A stretch of 64,000 nucleotides of DNA from Balanoglossus misakiensis (lineage: Eukaryota; Animalia; Hemichordata), in the NCBI GenBank assembly GCA_040954595.2, contig CM082598.2:6587097-6651096 (forward strand), written 5' to 3'. Of the stretch, positions 53,440 through 64,000 are shown piece after piece. Below the pieces are notes generated by a model that saw only the letters and a list, made by a program, of their open reading frames with translations, made no database searches and was not told where the DNA came from. Position 1 is the stretch's first letter, and the number at the start of each line of letters is the position of its first letter. Position numbers and translations under genes: made by a program.

Positions 53440-54770
53440 TTAGGTCCCATTGGTATGTACCATGGGACCTTATGGGATCGGTTGTATCTGTATATATGTA
53501 TGGATGTATGTATGTATGTCTGTATGTCCGTCCACATCAAAAACTTGAAAACCGCTGCACATATGACCTCGATATTTGGTGTGTGGATGCAGGCAGGGCT
53601 GTAGATGGGAGTTTGTTCAAATGAAGTTGTCATTGCCAAAAATATGCAAATTAGCTGGGAAAATGTGAAATTGATCAAAACTCAAAAACTCGACAACCAC
53701 TGGTCATATTGATTTGAAAATTGGTATGCATGTACCTTATGTCAACCTCATACAGTCCTGTATGTTTTGAGCTAATATTATCTATTTCCTATTTTTTATG
53801 CATTTTTTGTATTTTTCCATGGTATTGGTAAAAAGTCTTCATTTCTGAAAGTGATGGGCTTACTTCTTTAAAATTTAGTATGAAGCTTCCTAATGGTTGT
53901 CTGAGTAACCATAGTTTTGTTCAAATTGTTGCAAAATTTGCGTATTTATAATTTTGAGCAATATTTGCCATTTTTGGTCAATTTTTTTTTCTTTAAAAGC
54001 GCATGCCAGATTGCTTTGCAATTTTGTAGGCATGTTCGTAGGGGTAACCTAAGTAATATGTTGTAAAAAAATGTGATATTTGCATAAATGTGTTTTCGGG
54101 GAAACTTTTGCAATTTTTGTCAAAAATTGTTTTCTCTGAAACCGCTTGTCATATTGCATTGAACATTGGCAGGCATGTTCCTTGTAGTGATTGATGTAAG
54201 ATATTGTACAATTTAGGTGATTTTGCATATTTGTATTTTTGCCACTTTTGAACAAATATTTTCTGTAAAACTGCTTGTTGGATTGCTTTGAAATTTGTTT
54301 TTTCTCTGATTGCTATGAAATTTAGGATGTAATTTCATAACATATACATGTATATGTGCAATTTTTAGGTCCCATTGGTATAGGCATATATACCATGGGA
54401 CCTTATGGGATCGGTTGCGTCTGTATGTATGTATGGATGTATGTATGGATGTATGGATGGATGTATGTCTGTATGTCCGTCCACATCAAAAACTTGAAAA
54501 CTGCTGCGCGTATCACCTCAATATTTGGTGTGTAGGTGCAGGCTGGGCTGTAGATGGGAGTTTGTCCAAACGAAGTTGCCAGGCCCAAAAATATGCAAAT
54601 TAGCTGGAAAAATGTGAAATTTATCAAAACTCTGAAAGTCAACAACTACTCGTCAGATTGCTTTAAAAATTGGTATGCATGTACCTTATGTCAACCTCAC
54701 ATCGACCTGAAAGTGTTAAGTTAATATCATCGATGTTTTATTTTTTATGAATTTTTTAGTCTTTTTATTA
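53440..54770 (+). mobile_element. Two tandem Helentron/DINE-like (HINE) non-autonomous elements
   Basis: Both start TTAGGTCCCA..TGGGACCT (a hairpin) followed by an (ATGT/ATGG)n microsatellite and a shared core, at about 53440 and 54365. The family assignment is inferred from structure. Confidence 0.55.
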
Positions 54771-54894
54771 AATTTATACCTTTACTTATACCTCTATGGT
54801 TAAGCTATGTCCACGTCTTATTGTGGAATTCTGGTCTGTGCAATAGTCCTGTACAGTGACTGTCTATTGGTCAGTGAGCACAATGGGGCCAAAA

Positions 54895-55576
54895 TAAAAG
54901 GCAAAATTTTGGGCTCACCTGTAACACCTGCTTACCACATTAATTATGTGCATACCTAATTCCGGGCTAACTAATAGGACTAGAGGTTTCGTTCTCATGG
55001 GACATGGACCAGCATAGGGTCAAAATTTCTTGCCCAAATTTTGGGTGACCTCAGGTGACCTTTGACCTACTTTCCTATATCTCGGCATCCAGAGCAGGTA
55101 CAGACTTGGCGTTTGGAGGGTTGGGACTAAAATTGAAAAGCCAAAATTGGGGGGTCACCTGTGACACCTGCATATCTCATTAATTATGTGCATACCTAAT
55201 TCCAGGCTAACCAATAGGGCTATAGGTTTGGTTTTTGTTGAACATAGACCAGTATAAGGTCAACATTTCTTGCCCAAATTTTGCATGACCTCAGGTGACC
55301 TTTGACCTACTTTATCATATCTTGGCATCCAGAGCAGGTACAGACTTGGCGTTTGGAGGGTTGGGACTAAAATTGAAAAGCCAAAATTGGGGGTCACCTG
55401 TGACACCTGCATATCTCATTAATTATGTGCATACCTAATTCCAGGCTAACCAATAGGGCTATAGATTTGGTTTTTGTTGAACCTGGACCAGTATAGGGTC
55501 AAAATTTCTTGCCCAAATTTTGCATGACCTCAGGTGACCTTTGACCTACTTTTCCATATCTTGGCATCCAGAGCAG
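54895..55576. repeat. Tandem repeat, about 240-bp unit, about 2.8 copies
   Basis: CATTAATTATGTGCATACCTAATTCC recurs near 54938, 55178 and 55417. Confidence 0.9.
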
Positions 55577-56478
55577 ATATGCTTATTGCTATGTTGCTAT
55601 GTGCTATGTTGGCTTAGGCCCGATATTGCTGATCTGCTTGCAATGTCACCTGTAATTTTTATTCTGGTGTGTCACTGTTTCCGCAATTCCTCAAATGGGA
55701 CCACAGTGTCCTTGACGCTATTTTTATTCAATTCTGATATCAGAAATATTCAATATTTAGCGAGTTTTTTTTGTAAGTTTCTTTGTTTTTGGTTAGCAAA
55801 TCTTCTCCTAAACCAATTGTCCAGTTGTTTTTAAAGTTACTATTTACAAGGAGTTGTTACCCCGAACTAAAACATGTTTACATAACTTTAATAGGCCAGC
55901 TGTTACAGAGACCACCAGCTATTAAATTTTTAATTACCAGTGGCAGGTCAGCGTGTGTCTGTCTGTGTGTCTGTTCAAGTTACTTCTCATATGTGTTTGT
56001 ACAGAAAATTTTTTGTCAATTTTTTTTATAGCATCACTTGTAAGACTGCCATGACACATGACAGTTTATTGGGCACGTTTCTTGTTAATTTTTTTTACAT
56101 TCCATATTTCTATGTCGTAAGATCATATCTGCTTGTAATGTCACCTGTAATTTTTATTCTGGTGTGTCACTGTTTCTGCATAATCCTCAAATGGGACCAC
56201 AGTGTCCTTGACGCTATTTTTTTGCATTGTTTATCCCCAATCTTTTGTGTTTTAAATAATAACCTCATTTCGGACACTGTGGTACAGCGTTTTCTTCTGT
56301 CCATCCGTAGACAGATTTTGTTCCACTCATAACTCGAGAGAAATTGAATCCAATGATATGAACGTTTGTATGTAGCATTGTTATGATAAGATCTACATCT
56401 GATTAGATTTTAGTGGTTGTGGCTTATTAATTAAATGCTCATTTGCCTCAAATCAGCCATACACACCAAGTCTTTTAA

Positions 56479-56830
56479 AGGGGAAAAGTCTCTCTCTCTC
56501 ACTGCCCTATTTTCATTAATTATGTTTGATATAAGATGCCGTTAATATTATTGTACATGTGGATATATAGTGATCCAACGTTCAACCACACACAACTTCA
56601 GCCCCGTTTGTAGGATATGAGTGTAAAAATCTCGCAAAATGAATAAATGGTAAACACTGATTATTCATTTTGGAGAGTTTTTCACTCTCCTGCCTGCAAG
56701 TGGGATGGAAGTTGTGTGTGGTCGAACGTTGATTCACTATATATCCACATGTAGAATAACATAAACTGTGTCTTGTATCAAACGTCATAATTAATAGAAA
56801 AAGGCAGCGAGAGGGAGAGACTTTGTCCCT
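56479..56830. mobile_element. MITE family C (partial duplicate ending at 58770)
   Basis: TTAA|AGGGGAAAAGTCTCTC...GAGAGACTTTGTCCCT|TTAA. Confidence 0.88.
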
Positions 56831-57804
56831 TTAATATTCATGAGTTTACTTTTCTTGTATACGTACACTCTTATAACAATTGGAAATCTTGAGAATGGCT
56901 ATTACATCAAGTTGACAACCCTCGCACAAGTACATCATGTACATAAACAAAAATAGTCTGGTTTGTGGAGCCGCCTCCCTTTTTTACAGGAAGTACTTTC
57001 AAAATACATTTTTTATGCAATCAGTCCACACTCATGATCAGTTTTGTGTCAGAATTATAGTCATAGCAACTTTTCAAGTAAGACTTTACCAGAAGAACTT
57101 GTTTTCGTTGCGGCTCTGATTGGGGCCGTTTTAAACTGGGGTTTGTTTGGCGATTTTTAGGACCGAAGGAGGGAAGTGCAGCCATAGGAAGGACAGAAGG
57201 ACACATAGTACTCTAAATTCAAAAATCTTTACAATTTGGCCGAAGAAGTTGAACCATGCTATATTTGACACAGTTTGTGCCCAAATGAATAAATATGTTC
57301 CAGAAAGTAAATTTTGATGGATTCTTTTGTGTTTCACCAAAGTTCACAAATTTTAATTTTTTTCAAGCCATCTCTGAAATTTTCCTGGCAATCTTTTTTT
57401 TTAAATCTTCCAGATCCCCTCCATCCCTAGCTAAGCTATGGAGTCTCAAACATCCAATGTCAAAAACTATATGACCAGTCAAAGCGTTTTCCTCGCTGTT
57501 ATAATCAATTGAGATTCTTCACTGTCATTCTTTGATCTGTATTCACTTTAACAGTCGGCAATTTTCATTTTGTGTGTGTGGAAGGACTGTGGATTATCCT
57601 TTCAAATCAGTCAGTATGCCATTCTTGGTTGTTTTTGCAATATGGCTGATACTTTTGATATTTTTTTATTTATTTGTAGGTTTGTTTGTTTGTTTGTTTG
57701 TTTACACCTCACATTTAAGTGTTTATTTGTTTGTTTTAAGAAACCTCACATTACATTTCAATTTTTGTGACATTGTTCCCATGCTTCTCCTTCATTACTT
57801 ACAG

Positions 57805-57906
57805 AATGGAGACACCCCTTTGCATTATGCAGCAGCAAGGGATAGTGATGAAGGCCATGTCAGATTGTTATTGGAACACAAAGCTGATGTAACCATACAA
57901 AACAAG
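57805..57906 (+). CDS. Ankyrin-repeat exon (NGDTPLHYAAARDSDEGHVRLLLEHKADVTIQNK)
   Basis: TTACAG| acceptor and |GTAAAT donor, 102 nt, phase 0. Contains GDTPLH. Confidence 0.95.
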
Positions 57907-59862
57907 GTAAATACCAACCTGACTTCTGCAGGTTAATTCTAAAAGTATGAGCTTTCTCAATAGTGCCATTTCCTCTGTAGTTTTCTTAGTAAATTGTGTC
58001 TGGGATACAATGTATCTATTTGTCCATTGCCCTTTGAATCAAAAATACTCCCTCTATTGGTCAGGTGTTGTACAGGCAGGTGTTGACTGATGACAGTCCA
58101 TGCCAATCCTATCACAGAGAGTATCAGATAGAGCGATTGTCTGTCGGCCTCCAGCATCTGGCAACTCCTGTCTGTCACCTAATACAATTCATCATAAGGA
58201 GGCGCCAAATAATTTGTCACTGTCCTTTGAATCAAAACTGCTCCTTCTATCAGGGATGGTGTTGTACAGACACAGGCTAGTATTGTTTCATGATGATGAT
58301 GTGATTGTCTCTCCTATCTCTGATACATTTGATCTCCACTGTCAGCAATTTGGGGTTATGAGGAAGGGGGATTGTCTCCAGCATCTGCCAAAAACTGTCT
58401 GGTTGAACATAAGGATGTTGTTGTTTTTTGCATTGTTTATCGTCAATCTTTTGTGGTTTAAATAATAATCTCATTATTGGACTCTGTGGCACAGCGATTT
58501 CTGTCTGTCCTTCTGTAGACAAATTTTGTTCCACTCATATCTTGAGAGAAATTGAATCCAATGATATGAAATTTTGTATGTAGCATTGTTATGATAAGTT
58601 CTAGATCTGATAAGATTTTGGTGGGTATGGCTTATTAATAAATTCTCCTTTGCATATTTGTGTGTGGTCGAACGTTGATTCACTACATACACATGTAGAA
58701 TAACATAAACAGTGTCTTGTATCAAACATAACTAATGGAAAAAGGGAAGCGAGAGAGAGACTTTGTCCCTTTAATATTCAGGAGTTTACTTTTCTTGTTT
58801 ACGTACACTCTTATAACGATTGGAAATCTTGAGAATCATGGCTATTACATCAAGTTGACAACCCCCGCACAAGTACATCATGTACATAAACAAAAATAGT
58901 CTGGTTTGTGGAGCCGCCTCCCTTTTTTACAGGAAGTACTTTCGAAATATTTTTTATGCAATCAGTCCACACTCATGATCAGTTTTGTGTCAAAATTATA
59001 GTCATAGCAACATTTCGAGTAAGACTTTACTAGAAGAACTTGTTTTCATTGCGGCTCTGATTGGGGCCGTTTTAAACTGGGGTTTGTTTGGCGATTTTTA
59101 GGACCGAAGGAGGGAAGTGCCGCCATGGTCACATCACACATGCCATGCGGAGGACTTGCTGGGGGCGGGGGTGCTTGTTGATGGTGCCGAGAGGAGTCAG
59201 CCAGTTTGTGCTTGTACTTCAGGCCAAATAGTGTAGTGCTGACCCTATTTACCTCTTATAAACTTTATAAAATATAATACATTGTAACACTAAATTGTTC
59301 AGTCGGACAATTTTTTTCATCATTCTGAGCAACACGGCGGCAGCGTTTGGATTGCTCTTTCTCTTGGAAATCGCTCAAGCTTAAAAAACATGAGGTTTGT
59401 GCGGCTCCACTCCTCAGCTTCTCATCACTGTCCGTCACTTACCCAATCATTTCAAAGGGGTGATCAAGATGGCCAGAACAGCCAATTTTTGCAAACCAGA
59501 TTCAAGAACCTGAGAAAAGGTGCTCAAAGCATGCCATAGATATATTGACGAGATAAACATTGGGAACAATAGGATTAAGGGAGGTGTGACTGGTCCAACC
59601 TGTTCAGTTTTAGTGTGGGGCACGGCTGGAATGGTTACACAAATGTTCTTGAAAGTTAGTGCTACTGTTGGCTTTCAATGGTATCTCACATCTCTGTTTC
59701 TTCAGATGGATTTTTTGTGTGAAATTCAAGTTTTTTTTTATTTAAACACTATTAATACATAAAACTTCCAGTAATGACATCACTGCACAACTCTACTTGA
59801 TATTGTTGTACCACTCAGTGGCTATTTATTATAGTGATGATAGATTTATCGCTTGTCACATA

Positions 59863-60172
59863 CAATTTCTCTTGTATTTCCCCTTTGATCGACATCTTCC
59901 AGTCTGCACAGCTTGGCTACTTTGTACTGAGAACAGTCTGATGCCCTCCTACAGGAAATAAACATAGTTTGGTTAGCACAGATGTTTGATCTGTTTCTAC
60001 ATAAATCTTCACATCTCCCAAATTTCTCTTTTATTTCCCCTTTGATCGACATCGTCCAGTCTGCACAGCTTGGCTACTTTGTGCTGAGAACAGTCTGATG
60101 ACCTCCAACAGGAAATAAACATAGTTTGGTTAGCACAGATGTTTGATCTGTTTCTACATAAATCTTCACATT
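59863..60172. repeat. Tandem duplication, about 157 bp x 2
   Basis: AATTTCTCTT...TAAATCTTCACAT repeated at 59863 and 60020. Confidence 0.9.
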
Positions 60173-60596
60173 TCTTAAATTTGTCGTCATATTGGAGATG
60201 ACATATGATTATTCCAAATTGGCCAATGTTTCTTCTGACAATTCTACTAAATGTCACTGTAGTTGTTGGCTAGATCTTCTTCTATATTGTGTAGGTTGCA
60301 TAAATAAATTGGTCACATTCAGTAAATGTTCACTAACATTACATCACTGTCAGTTGTGATGTAATCATTCTTTGAAAGAAAATCATAAAAAAGTTAAGTT
60401 TAAAATTGGTTATGCGTAATGTAATTTGTTTTGCAAATTGTCAAATTTGAGGTTGTTTGTCAATTACTGGGAGTAACTTTTCTTTCTGTATCAACTGGCA
60501 GATATTTTCACAGAAGTTATTTAGCTCGATCGTTTAGGTACATGTATAAAACTGAATTACACATGTTTACAGTCGATACAGTTTCTGTTCAAATGC

Positions 60597-60835
60597 TGTT
60601 ATGAACCGCTTCTCACGGTATATGTGTTTATACGTGTCAGTCACTCTTACTTCGTAAATTAGAGGACACTCCGAATTGAATCATGAACACGAACAGGTAT
60701 TTATTGCTTGCACACAAGGAGAACTACAACTACCAGAGAGAGTATCAGAACAAGGCTATATGTTCCATACTGCCATGCGTCTGGAATGTACTAAAGTCAA
60801 TACAGGGGGGATCAGAATACATCTGATACACTACA
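60597..60835 (-). repeat. Putative 3' LTR (239 bp) with PPT at 60836-60849
   Basis: The minus strand reads AAGAAAAGGAGGGA|TGTAGTG...CATAACA, with AATAAA at 60700-60705. The distal boundary is inferred from TG..CA only. Confidence 0.75.
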
Positions 60836-61089
60836 TCCCTCCTTTTCTTGGAATAGCTCTTCAGGCTACTAATGTATCAATGGAATGTCAAGTGTCCACG
60901 AAAATGCACAGTTTAAAGTTTACAAACAATCAACAGCAAAATGTGAAACGAATGCATGTCCAACAATGCATAAACATGAAAACGTCTGCAGTATGTATTT
61001 TCCTTATATCAGTGTTCCGCGCATATCTGAAAACAACAATAAACTACTGACAAATTTCAATGTCAATATTCAGGGTCAAAGCTAATAGC

Positions 61090-64000
61090 TAACAAGAAAA
61101 TCTGAGTATTTTGATGGCAGTTGCCTGGACCTTTGTGGTCTGCCACTACTAGTCATAGGTGAATCTGTCGGAGTCTGTGGACTTTCCCGCTGATGATTCT
61201 GCAAAGACTGGTCACAGGGTGATATTAGCAGGTGGTGATTCTTGTTGTGCTGGCTGTTGGTCTGGAAATGCTGGCTTGGTCTCCTGCTCTGGTGTTACGG
61301 TGTCAGTGATGTATTTCTTGACGTGTGTGGTATTCCTAGAATATTGAACACCTCTCGGGGACTCAACTATGATGCTATTCCCAGTTTTGTTGACAACAGT
61401 ATACGGCTCCGGGTTAAATGGAGTTGACAATTTGTTTGTCTTCTGCTGCTCAACCAGAACTTTATCTCCAACGTGCACTTCACAATATCACACATTCCTT
61501 CTTTCATCTGCATACATCTTTGCTTTTCCTTTCTGTTCGGCATCTCTGTCACGTACATCTATGTCGTTGTGATGCTCTGCGTTGAATTCTGGCAATTTCC
61601 CTCTTATCTTGCGTCTGAATAGGAGTTCGGCTGGGCTTTTGCCTGTAGTAGCATGATCTATGCCTCTGTATTTGGTCACATATCTTCTCAGCTCTCGTTT
61701 CCAATCTAGCCCTTCGGCCTGAGCGATACAGATTCTCTTCATCAATGATCTGTTCTGGCTTTCTACTTCGCCGTTAGCTTGAGCCCACCTTGCTGTAACA
61801 CTAAGGTGTGTGATGCTGTTGTGGTCACAGTATTTCTGGAACTCTTCGGATCGGAACTGTTCACGTTCAGTCTGCGAGTATCTCCGCTCACAATCAGTGA
61901 GGCTGCGGCTTGCATAACAAACTGGAACTAGCATTTTGTTCTGCTCCTGCACTAGCACTGCACCTAGTCCTACGGGACTGGCATCAGCAATCACTTTCGT
62001 CGGAGCGTTTTTGTCAAAGTAGGCTAGGGTTGTTGCTTTGGCTAAACTTGCCTTCAGCTCTGCAAATGCTGATTTCTGTTCTGGACCAAAATGGAATGGC
62101 ACGTTCTTTCTGGTGATTCTCCTCAGCGGTTCTGAGATGGTTGCGAGGCCTGGTATAAAACGGCTACTGTAACTAACCATGCCCATGAAGCTTCTGACTT
62201 CAGATACATCTCTCGGTTCTCTGGCCTCCAATACGGCTCTAACTCCGTCTTGGGTTGGTCCTATGCCCTTCTGTGACAGTAGTATTCCCATGAAAACAAG
62301 GTCATCCATGTTGAATTGACACTTTTCACGGTTCAGTGTTAGACCACAATCGTGTAATCAGGTTATGACTGCAAGTAAACTGCAAGTAAAATGTGTTTCC
62401 TAGTCACACCCATGTACTATCATCAGATATGTTTTCTACACCATCAATGCCTGCCAGAGCTGTCGCAATTTCGTGTTGATACTGTTCACTCGCTGAACTT
62501 ACACCAAATAGCAATCGTTTGTAACGATACAGTCCGGCGTGTGTGCCGAATGTTGTGATCTCACAGGATTCTGGCGTCAGCTCCAACTGGTGGTAACCCC
62601 ACTTTAAGTCTAGTTTGCTGAACACTTTGGAACCGTTCATGTTCTGTAACAGCTCATCTACGGTACGGATAGGGTGTCTGCCGCGTATGATCGCTTTGTT
62701 TGCTCTGCGCATGTCAATGCATAGTCTGATGTCACCTCCTGATTTTGGCACTACAACGACTGGGTTGACCCATGGTGTCGGCCCGTCTACTGGTTCAATA
62801 ATCCAAATCCAGTAGCTCTGTTATTTTCGCCTCTACCTTTTCTCTCAATTTGAATGGTGTTCGCCTCAGGGGTTGTGCTACACGTTCTACGGAGGGGTCA
62901 ATGTGAAGTTTTATTTGCTTTGTGTTGAGCTTGCCCACACCAGTAAAGACATCCGGGTACTGTCGCTGTAAGCGGTCAGCCATGTCTGTTACTGTTGCGA
63001 TGTGGCACCAATACCAATTTTCAGTACACCCAATTTTGTCGATGTGTCCTTGCCGAGTAAAGGTATGCCTTTGCCTTTAATGACTAGGAATTCAGCATTG
63101 GTGATGTTTCTGCCCAACTTTACTTCACAGGTGAAACTGCCCTTGACGGTTAGGGGTTGGTTTGATCCATATGGGTACAGTTTTCGTCCGCATGTGTTGG
63201 CCTGTGATGCACATCTGATCTGTTGTCGCTTTAATTGCTCCCAGGTCGGCTCATCAATAATGTTGCCAGTTGCGCCTGAGTCTACCAACATTTTCAGGTT
63301 TACACCACCAACATGGACATCAAGTGTGTTTGAGTTCTTACCACTGTTGACAGTGAAGGCGTAATCGGGCGGTGTTGGGCTGCTTTGCGGCTCTTCGACC
63401 ACATTGACTTCTGATTTGACCTTTGACCTGCATACTTTGGCAAAGTAATTCTTGCTGTCGCATTTCTTGCATGTCTGGCCTCTTGCTGGACATTTGGGAT
63501 CGCGACCAAAGTGTCCTGTCAATCCACAGCGATAACAAGTTTTATCTCTTGCTGGTTTTGTATCTTTATCTTTCTCATGTTTCTTTGCTTTCTGTGTACG
63601 GCGTTTGCTTCTATCAGTAAGTCTGTTGACAGTTTCCCTGTCTTCTCTCTTTGCTGAAAGAGCAGCCATTTATACCTCCACTTTCTCGCACTGATCGGCT
63701 ATTTGTAGGGTACGTGCTAAGGTCAATGCTTGGCCTTCTTCCAATAACTACCGGCGTACGTAATCTGACGAACATTTATTCAGCACTGCGTCTCTGATTT
63801 GATTGTCTTTATCACCTCCGAAGTTACAATCACTGGCAGCTTTACGTAGGCGGGTGACAAATTGAAGTACGGTCTCACCTTGCTTTTGTGTGGTTTGATG
63901 GAATGTCTGTCTGGCAAACGCAGGGTTGACTTGGGGCACAAAGTAGGTGTTTAGCACTGTCATGGCTCTGTTATACTCTGTGACTGTTCCCGTATCTGAC
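61090..64000 (-). pseudogene. Gypsy gag-pol with stops, frameshifts and an internal deletion
   Basis: Gag QKQGETVLQFVTRLR; zinc knuckle CYRCGLTGHFGRDPKC; protease LVDSGA; RT RLCIDMR, FSKLDLKWGYHQ, RLLFG, NISDD; RNase H ADASPVGLGAVL, YASRSL; integrase QANGEVE, TTGKSPAELLF. Confidence 0.93.

Larger units (their letters stand above)
60597..64000 (-). mobile_element. Decayed Ty3/Gypsy LTR retrotransposon (5' end beyond the window)
   Basis: Domain order is gag-PR-RT-RH-IN on the minus strand, followed by a PPT and an LTR. Confidence 0.95.

Noticed and set aside
57532-57936. 134-aa ORF as a complete gene
   Set aside because: Only 57805-57906 is exon. The rest is intron read-through.
59846-60257. 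Cys-rich duplicated minus-strand ORFs
   Set aside because: They arise from a 157-bp tandem duplication, the two ORFs are in different frames, and there are no convincing splice sites or domain.

Overview
AT-rich eukaryotic DNA with spliceosomal introns and a transposon repertoire typical of marine invertebrates; the taxon is inferred, not determined. (1) About 1-48.5 kb is a degenerate, rearranged macro-tandem array. It has about 11 copies of a multi-kb backbone carrying many small non-autonomous DNA transposons, and paralogous copies show the empty insertion sites. These include three TTAA-flanked Kolobok-like MITE families, often stacked and sharing TTAA sites, plus elements with TTA and 8-bp TSDs. 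A 6.4-kb long-TIR foldback element (14981-21412) contains a 2-kb Crypton tyrosine-recombinase transposon with one premature stop, and two of four hairpin-ended mini-elements that resemble it. (2) About 49-58 kb holds a promoter-like patch and three phase-0 single-ankyrin-repeat exons of a + strand gene, with repeat-filled introns. (3) About 60.6-64 kb is a decayed Ty3/Gypsy LTR retrotransposon on the - strand, with 3' LTR and PPT visible. Most ORF-track entries are spurious ORFs in repeats. No rRNA, tRNA or CRISPR was seen.
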